A DNA stretch of 64,000 bases from contig OZ241326.1 in the NCBI GenBank assembly GCA_965199855.1, positions 640,001-704,000 on the forward strand. Reading direction: 5' to 3'. Source of the stretch: a bacterium (GTDB lineage Bacteria; UBA8248). The notes under the pieces were generated by a model. That model did no database searches and was not told the origin of the DNA. It worked only from the letters and a program-made list of their open reading frames with translations. The position numbers were made by a program, and so were the translations under genes. Shown here in pieces: positions 58,632-64,000 of this stretch (within the stretch, counting starts at the first letter, position 1; every line of letters begins with the position of its first letter).

Positions 58632-60305
58632 TCAGTTCTCCAGGCGGTCGTATTCGACCTGGGCGTCGATGAGGCGCGGCCTGCCCGAGGCCAGCCCTTC
58701 CCGCACGGCCTCCCCGAGCTCCGCCGGCGTTTTCGCCCGGGCGGCGCTCACCCCCATGGAGCCCGCCATCCGCAGGAAGTCCAGCTCCGGCTCCCGGAAG
58801 TCCATGGCGACGAATTTTCTGTGCTCCTGCGCTTTGCCGTCGAGCCGGAGGATGCGCTCCTTGAGTATCCGGTAGCTCTTGTTGTTGAGAATCACGAACA
58901 GGGCGGCGAGGTCGTATTTCGCGGCGCTCCAGAGCGCCTGAATCGCGTACATGGCGGAGCCGTCCCCCGACAGGCAGACGACGGGCTTGTCCGGCAGCGC
59001 CTTCTTGACCCCCAGCGCGCTCGGCAGGCCCAGGCCGATGCCGCCCCCCTTCATGCCGTAAATCGAGTCTATTTTGCCGGCGACGGCGCTTTTGAGTCCC
59101 CCGCCGAATCCCATGGTGAGGGATTCGTCCACCAGCGCCGTCCCCTCGGGCAGGGCGTCCCCGAAGGCGGCCTGAAAGGCCTCTCTCGTCAGGGCGCCCC
59201 CCTCGTCGCCGGCCTTGGGGGCGATCTCCTCCCGCCAGGCCGCCAGCTCCCTCTCGACGCGCGCGCGGCGCGCCCGCGCTTCCCGGGCGCCCGCCTCGCC
59301 CAGCTTCCTCTCCACCGCCTCGGTGATTCCGGGGAGGGTGGCCTTCGGGTCTCCCGGCATGGCGACCTCAACGGGGAAGTTCTTGCCGATCTCCCAGGGA
59401 TCGAGGTCGAGATGGATGACCCGCGCGCCCCGGGGCGCCAGCGGAATTTCGGGCGGGAAGGAGAAGGTGTAGGTCTCCGTGCCGATGAAGAAGACGACGT
59501 CCGAGCCTTCGAGCCTGTCCAGGAGCGGCTCGATGGTGTTGGGCAGCTCGCCCGCGTAGAGGGGATGGGTGAGGGAGAAGGAGAGGGAATTCGGGCGGTT
59601 GTCGCAGAACACCCGCGCCCCGAGGCGCTCGGCCAGCCGGGCGGCTTCGGCGACCGCCCCCGAGCGGGCGACGCGCGAGCCGGTGACGACGCAGGGGCTC
59701 TTCGCTCCGGCGAGCAGGTCCGCCGCGCGCTCGATGGACTCGGCGGACGCGGGAAAGGCGCTCGAAAGCCGCGTGGGGCGGCCCGAGAGGGCGGGCGCCC
59801 CGGCGAGCATGACGTCGCCCGGAAGCGAGAGGAAGACCGGCCCCGTCGGGGGGGCGAGCGCGTGCTTGACGGCGCGGCGGACGCACTGCTCCAGGTCCTC
59901 GACCCGGCGCGCCTCGTAGGCCCACTTGGTGAGCGGCGCCGCCATTCGGGGCAGGTCGTCCCAGAGCACGGGTTCGGAGAGCTGGCCGCGCTGGCCCTGG
60001 TTGCCCGCCGTGACGAGGAGGGGGCTGCCCGCCCGCTTGACGTTGTAGAGCATTCCCATGGCGTTGCCGAGGCCCGGCGCGACGTGGAGGTTCACCACGC
60101 CCACGCCGCCCGCGGCGTAGGCGTAGCCCTCGGCCGCGCCGATGGTGATCGCCTCCTGAAGGCAGAGGACGTAGTCGAGCCTGTTCTCGTTCACCAGCGC
60201 GTCCATGAGCGGCAGCTCGGTCGTGCCCGGGTTGCCGAAGATGCAGCGGACGCCCTCGTCGATGAGCGTTTCCAAAAAGAGTTCCGAGCCGTTGCCGCCG
60301 TTCAT
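58632..60305 (-). CDS. ThDP-dependent decarboxylase (benzoylformate decarboxylase-like)
   Basis: FGNPGTTELP, NLHVAPGLGN and GDGSAMY...NN motifs. Confidence 0.9.
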   Translation of the reverse strand: MNGGNGSELFLETLIDEGVRCIFGNPGTTELPLMDALVNENRLDYVLCLQEAITIGAAEGYAYAAGGVGVVNLHVAPGLGNAMGMLYNVKRAGSPLLVTAGNQGQRGQLSEPVLWDDLPRMAAPLTKWAYEARRVEDLEQCVRRAVKHALAPPTGPVFLSLPGDVMLAGAPALSGRPTRLSSAFPASAESIERAADLLAGAKSPCVVTGSRVARSGAVAEAARLAERLGARVFCDNRPNSLSFSLTHPLYAGELPNTIEPLLDRLEGSDVVFFIGTETYTFSFPPEIPLAPRGARVIHLDLDPWEIGKNFPVEVAMPGDPKATLPGITEAVERKLGEAGAREARARRARVERELAAWREEIAPKAGDEGGALTREAFQAAFGDALPEGTALVDESLTMGFGGGLKSAVAGKIDSIYGMKGGGIGLGLPSALGVKKALPDKPVVCLSGDGSAMYAIQALWSAAKYDLAALFVILNNKSYRILKERILRLDGKAQEHRKFVAMDFREPELDFLRMAGSMGVSAARAKTPAELGEAVREGLASGRPRLIDAQVEYDRLEN

Positions 60306-60334
60306 GCGCTCTCCCCCGCGAGAGGTGGTCGGGT

Positions 60335-61510
60335 TCAGAAGATGGACGCTTCTCCATTGTGGCTCAAAACGGCGTTCGCCGCCATTTGCAGGCACTTCTC
60401 GGCGCCGGGCGGCATCACCAGCGCGGCCCTGGCGTCGCGGTGGAGGCGCTGGAGCGGCCCGTCGTTCAGCAGGCCGGGGCCGCCCGCGATTTTCAGTGCC
60501 TTTTCCGTCATCGACGCCGCCGCCTCGGAGGCCGCGTATTTCGCCTCGTTGATGCGGGGAACGGCCGCCGCCGCCCCTTGCGCCTCCAGCGTCCAGGCGG
60601 CTTTCTGAATCATGAGGAGGGCGGTCTCCAGGGCGATTTTCATCTCGCCTGTCTGCCGCTGAATCGCGGGATAGCGCGCGATGGGCGCGCCATCGGGCCG
60701 GAGCGTCCGCGTTCGCGCGTAGTCCGCGATCCAGTCGAGGGCGGCGGCGCCCGTCCCGAGATAGACGGCGGCGTAGCCTAGGCCGAACCTGGGAACGAAA
60801 TCGGGCTGGAGGATGTCTTCTCCCCGCCCCACGACGTCGCGCGCGGCGACCCGCACGTTCTCGTAGGCGACGGCGTGGCTGGCCGTGCCCCGCATGGCGA
60901 AGGCGTCCCAGCGGCTCGGAATGGATATGCCCTCGAGGCGCCTGTCCACCACCGCCCAGCGAAGGCCGGCCTGCAAATCCTCCTCCCCTTCCAGCAGGCA
61001 CCAGAGCACGTAGTAGTCCGCCTCCCCCGCCATGGAGCAGAAGTATTTCCGGCCGTTCAGGACGTAGCCGCCGCCCTCCCTGCGCGCGCGGGTGGTGATG
61101 GTCCGGTTCCACTGGGGGCTGGAGCTCGCCTCGCCCGCGTGGCTGCCGAAGATGGCGCCGTCCGCGGCCGCCCGGGCGAAGCGGCTTCTCTGCTCCCCGC
61201 CCGCGAGGGCGAGGAGGAAGTAGAGAACCGTGCTGTGCATGTGCAGGGTCATGGCGGTGTTCGCGCAGCCCTTGCCGAGTTCGTGAAACACCATCGCGTA
61301 GCAGACGGGGTCGCTCCAGAGCGCGCGCCCGCCGTGGGAGGCGGGCAGGGTGAGGCGCGTGAAGCCCTCCCGGGCGAGCGCCTCGAAGCTCTCCCGCGGG
61401 AAGCGCTCCTCCCGATCGCACCGGTCCGCGTTCGGGGCGAGGATCTCCCGCGCGAGCCGCCTGGCGCGCTCTATCAAGGTCCGGTTTTCGGGAGAGAGGC
61501 TTAAGTCCAT
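60335..61510 (-). CDS. Acyl-CoA dehydrogenase family flavoprotein
   Basis: LNGRKYFCS, WDAFAMRGTAS and LQRLHRDA motifs. Confidence 0.88.
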   Translation of the reverse strand: MDLSLSPENRTLIERARRLAREILAPNADRCDREERFPRESFEALAREGFTRLTLPASHGGRALWSDPVCYAMVFHELGKGCANTAMTLHMHSTVLYFLLALAGGEQRSRFARAAADGAIFGSHAGEASSSPQWNRTITTRARREGGGYVLNGRKYFCSMAGEADYYVLWCLLEGEEDLQAGLRWAVVDRRLEGISIPSRWDAFAMRGTASHAVAYENVRVAARDVVGRGEDILQPDFVPRFGLGYAAVYLGTGAAALDWIADYARTRTLRPDGAPIARYPAIQRQTGEMKIALETALLMIQKAAWTLEAQGAAAAVPRINEAKYAASEAAASMTEKALKIAGGPGLLNDGPLQRLHRDARAALVMPPGAEKCLQMAANAVLSHNGEASIF

Positions 61511-61556
61511 GAATTTCCGATGCGGTTCCCGAAGGCCGGAGGCGCTCCCCGGCGGC

Positions 61557-63122
61557 TCAGGTTCGCTCTCTCAGCAGCCGGCGCAGAATCTTCCCGCTCC
61601 CCGACTTCGGGATGGCGTCGATGAAGGCGACGGCGCGCACGCGCTTGTAGCCCGCCACTTTCCCGTTCACGAAGGCCATGAGCGCCTCCGCGTCGGCGCG
61701 GACGCCCTCCCTGGGAACCACGAAGGCCATGGGAATCTCGCCGGCCTCGGGGTCGGCGCGGGGGACGACGGCCGCGTCGGCCACGTCCGGGTGCCGGTGC
61801 AGGAGCGCCTCGAGCTCGGCGGGCGCGACGGCGAAGCCCTTGTATTTGATCATCTCCTTCTTCCTGTCCACCAGATAGACGTAGCCCTGCTCGTCCACCC
61901 GACCGATGTCGCCCGTGTGGAGCCAGCCGCCCCGAAGCGCCTCCGCCGTCGCCTCGGGCGCGTTCCAGTAGCCCTTCATCACGTGCGGGCCCTTGAGGAG
62001 GAGCTCGCCCGCCTCGCCCGCGGGCAGCTCCGCTTCTCCCGTCTCCGGGTCCACGATTTTCTGCTCCTGATCGGAGACGGGAAGCCCTACGGATTCCTCC
62101 CGGATGAGCGCCTCCACGGGAGGATTCAGGTGCGTGAGCGGCGAGGCTTCCGTGAGGCCGTAGCCCATGAAGGTGAGCGCGCCGGTTCGCTCCTGCACGA
62201 CGCGCCGCACCTCGGGCGGAAGGGGCGCCGCCCCGCTCATGATGTAGCGCAGGGAGGAGAGGTCGTATTCCTCCGTCTTCTCGTGGCGCGCGATGGCGAG
62301 GAGCGCGGGCGGCGCGCCGTAGAAGAGCGTGATCCCGCGCTCCTCGACGAGGCGGAGGGCCTCCTCCACCGAGAAGCGCTTCATCAGCGTCTGGGCCGCG
62401 CCGGCGAGAATCAGCCCGCCCATGATCAGCGCCCCGTAGATGTGGTAGAGCGGCAGGAACAGGAGGCCGGAGTCCCGATCCGTAATCCGGTGGCTCGCCG
62501 CGAACTGGTGGTAGTTCGCCACGAGATTCCGGTGGGTGAGCATCACGCCCTTGGGCAGGCCCGTCGTGCCGCTCGAATAGGGCAGGGCGATGAGGTCGCG
62601 GGCGGGGTCGATGGGCGGCTCGGGGACGCCGTGCGCCGGATGCGCGCCCAGCCACTCCTCGAAAGGGGGACGCTCCCCCGCGCCCGCGTCCGTCGAGATG
62701 ACGGCCTCGAGCGCGTCCAGACTCTTCCGCGCCCCCTCGACCAGGGCGGCGCCCTCGGCCGTCGTGACGAGAATCCTCGCGCCCGAGTCGCCGAGCTGGT
62801 GACGGGCCTCCTCTTCCCCGCAGGAGGGGTTCATCGGGGTGAAGACGGCGCCCGCCTTCGACGCGCCGAAGACGGCGATCTCGAACGCGGCCGAGTTGGG
62901 CAGGAGGAGCGCGACGCGATCCCCGGGCCGGACGCCCTCGGCGAGCAGGGCGCGGGCGCAGGCGTTCGAGAGCGCGTCGAGCTCCCGGAAGGTCATGCGG
63001 ACGTCTCCGTCCGCGATCGCCTCGGCGTCCGGGCGGCGCGCGCAGGTCGCCTTCAGCAGGCCGTGCAGCGCGCAGTCGGGGTATTCGAGCGGGGGGCGGA
63101 AGTAGGGGGGAAGCCGGCCCAT
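61557..63122 (-). CDS. AMP-dependent acyl-CoA ligase
   Basis: YSSGTTGLPKG, GYGLTE, TGD, DRKKE and SGKILR motifs. Confidence 0.93.
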   Translation of the reverse strand: MGRLPPYFRPPLEYPDCALHGLLKATCARRPDAEAIADGDVRMTFRELDALSNACARALLAEGVRPGDRVALLLPNSAAFEIAVFGASKAGAVFTPMNPSCGEEEARHQLGDSGARILVTTAEGAALVEGARKSLDALEAVISTDAGAGERPPFEEWLGAHPAHGVPEPPIDPARDLIALPYSSGTTGLPKGVMLTHRNLVANYHQFAASHRITDRDSGLLFLPLYHIYGALIMGGLILAGAAQTLMKRFSVEEALRLVEERGITLFYGAPPALLAIARHEKTEEYDLSSLRYIMSGAAPLPPEVRRVVQERTGALTFMGYGLTEASPLTHLNPPVEALIREESVGLPVSDQEQKIVDPETGEAELPAGEAGELLLKGPHVMKGYWNAPEATAEALRGGWLHTGDIGRVDEQGYVYLVDRKKEMIKYKGFAVAPAELEALLHRHPDVADAAVVPRADPEAGEIPMAFVVPREGVRADAEALMAFVNGKVAGYKRVRAVAFIDAIPKSGSGKILRRLLRERT

Positions 63123-63125
63123 CGG

Positions 63126-64000
63126 CTACGACCCCAGAACGTTCGCGCCGCCCTCCAGGACGGTCTTGGCGGTGAGCTCCAAGCACTTCTCGGTGTTGGG
63201 CGGCATGACGAGGCCCGCCCGCGCCTCGCGGTGGAAGCGCTGGAGGGGATTGCGGCGGAAAAGCCCCGGGCCGCCGGCCACCTTGAGCGCCTTCTCCGTG
63301 ATGAAGGCGGCGGCCTCCGCGCAGACGTATTTCGCCTCGTTGATGGCGCCGTAGGCCGCCTCCGCGCCGTGGGCGTTGATCATCCAGCCCGCGCGCTGGA
63401 GCATGAGAACCGCGCCCTCGAGGGCGATTTTCATCTCCCCGATCTGCCGCTGGATGGCGGGATAGGAGGAGATGGGGACGTTGTCGGGCTGGAGCTTTCT
63501 CGTCCTCGCGTAGTTCACCACCCAGTCGAAGGCGCCGCCGCCCGCCCCCAGATAGACGGCGGAGTAGCCGAAGCCGAACTTGGGCAGAACGTCCGGGCGT
63601 ATCGGGTCGCCGCCCCGTCCCACCAGGTCGCCCACCGGGATTTCCACGTCCTCGTATATCATCGAGTGGCTCATCGTTCCGCGCATGGCGAAGGCGTCCC
63701 ACTCCTGATCGATCCGGAAGCCGGGCGCGTCCGAGGGCGCGATGAGCAGCCCCAGGCTTTTCGTGAGGTCCTCCTCGTCCTCCAGCTGCACCCAGAGCAC
63801 GTAGTAGTCCGCCTCGCCGGCCATGGAGCAGAAATACTTCCGGCCGTTGACTCGATAGACGCCGCCGTCGCGCTTCGCCTTCGTCTCCATGCGCCACACC
63901 CCGTGCAGGCTCGACGTGTTCTCGCTGGCGTAGCTGGCGATGATTTTTCCGCCGCGGATGATTTCCGCGTACCTGCGCTTCTGCTCCTCGGTTCCCAGGT
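63126..64000 (-). CDS. Acyl-CoA dehydrogenase family flavoprotein, 5' end outside the window
   Basis: Close paralog of 60335..61510 (NGRKYFCSMAGEADYY). The frame stays open to the window edge. Confidence 0.88.
   Translation of the reverse strand, partial: LGTEEQKRRYAEIIRGGKIIASYASENTSSLHGVWRMETKAKRDGGVYRVNGRKYFCSMAGEADYYVLWVQLEDEEDLTKSLGLLIAPSDAPGFRIDQEWDAFAMRGTMSHSMIYEDVEIPVGDLVGRGGDPIRPDVLPKFGFGYSAVYLGAGGGAFDWVVNYARTRKLQPDNVPISSYPAIQRQIGEMKIALEGAVLMLQRAGWMINAHGAEAAYGAINEAKYVCAEAAAFITEKALKVAGGPGLFRRNPLQRFHREARAGLVMPPNTEKCLELTAKTVLEGGANVLGS

Overview
A high-GC bacterial chromosome window; the taxon cannot be assigned from this sequence alone. Housekeeping blocks: ffs-dnaX-ybaB-recR, two tRNA-Ser plus serS, thiE-thiL, a speD-pdaD-speE-speB polyamine operon, citrate synthase and plsY. 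These alternate with catabolic and transport loci (two TctBAC sets, a LIV-type ABC transporter, acyl-CoA enzymes, a Mo-hydroxylase subunit) and small lower-GC defence islets (ATPase+DUF4276, HigBA, a type II RM pair, an HNH nuclease). Two things stand out that the ORF track misses. (1) A ~1.67-kb phage/plasmid-like insert splits a DUF429 nuclease gene at the window centre. It carries small RHH and membrane ORFs and a perfect 15-unit GGC-NN array (constant triplet, variable dinucleotide), bracketed by a 5' multibranch structure and a 3' hairpin, which makes it a candidate guide-like ncRNA. (2) Three genes are interrupted by an in-frame UGA at the catalytic Cys position, each followed 11-12 nt later by a SECIS-like hairpin: an OsmC-like gene, a DUF442 phosphatase/sulfurtransferase-like gene and an AhpD-like gene. 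They are probably unannotated selenoproteins, and a yqeC-like selenium-cofactor gene is also present. All family assignments come from motif recognition, not from database searches.
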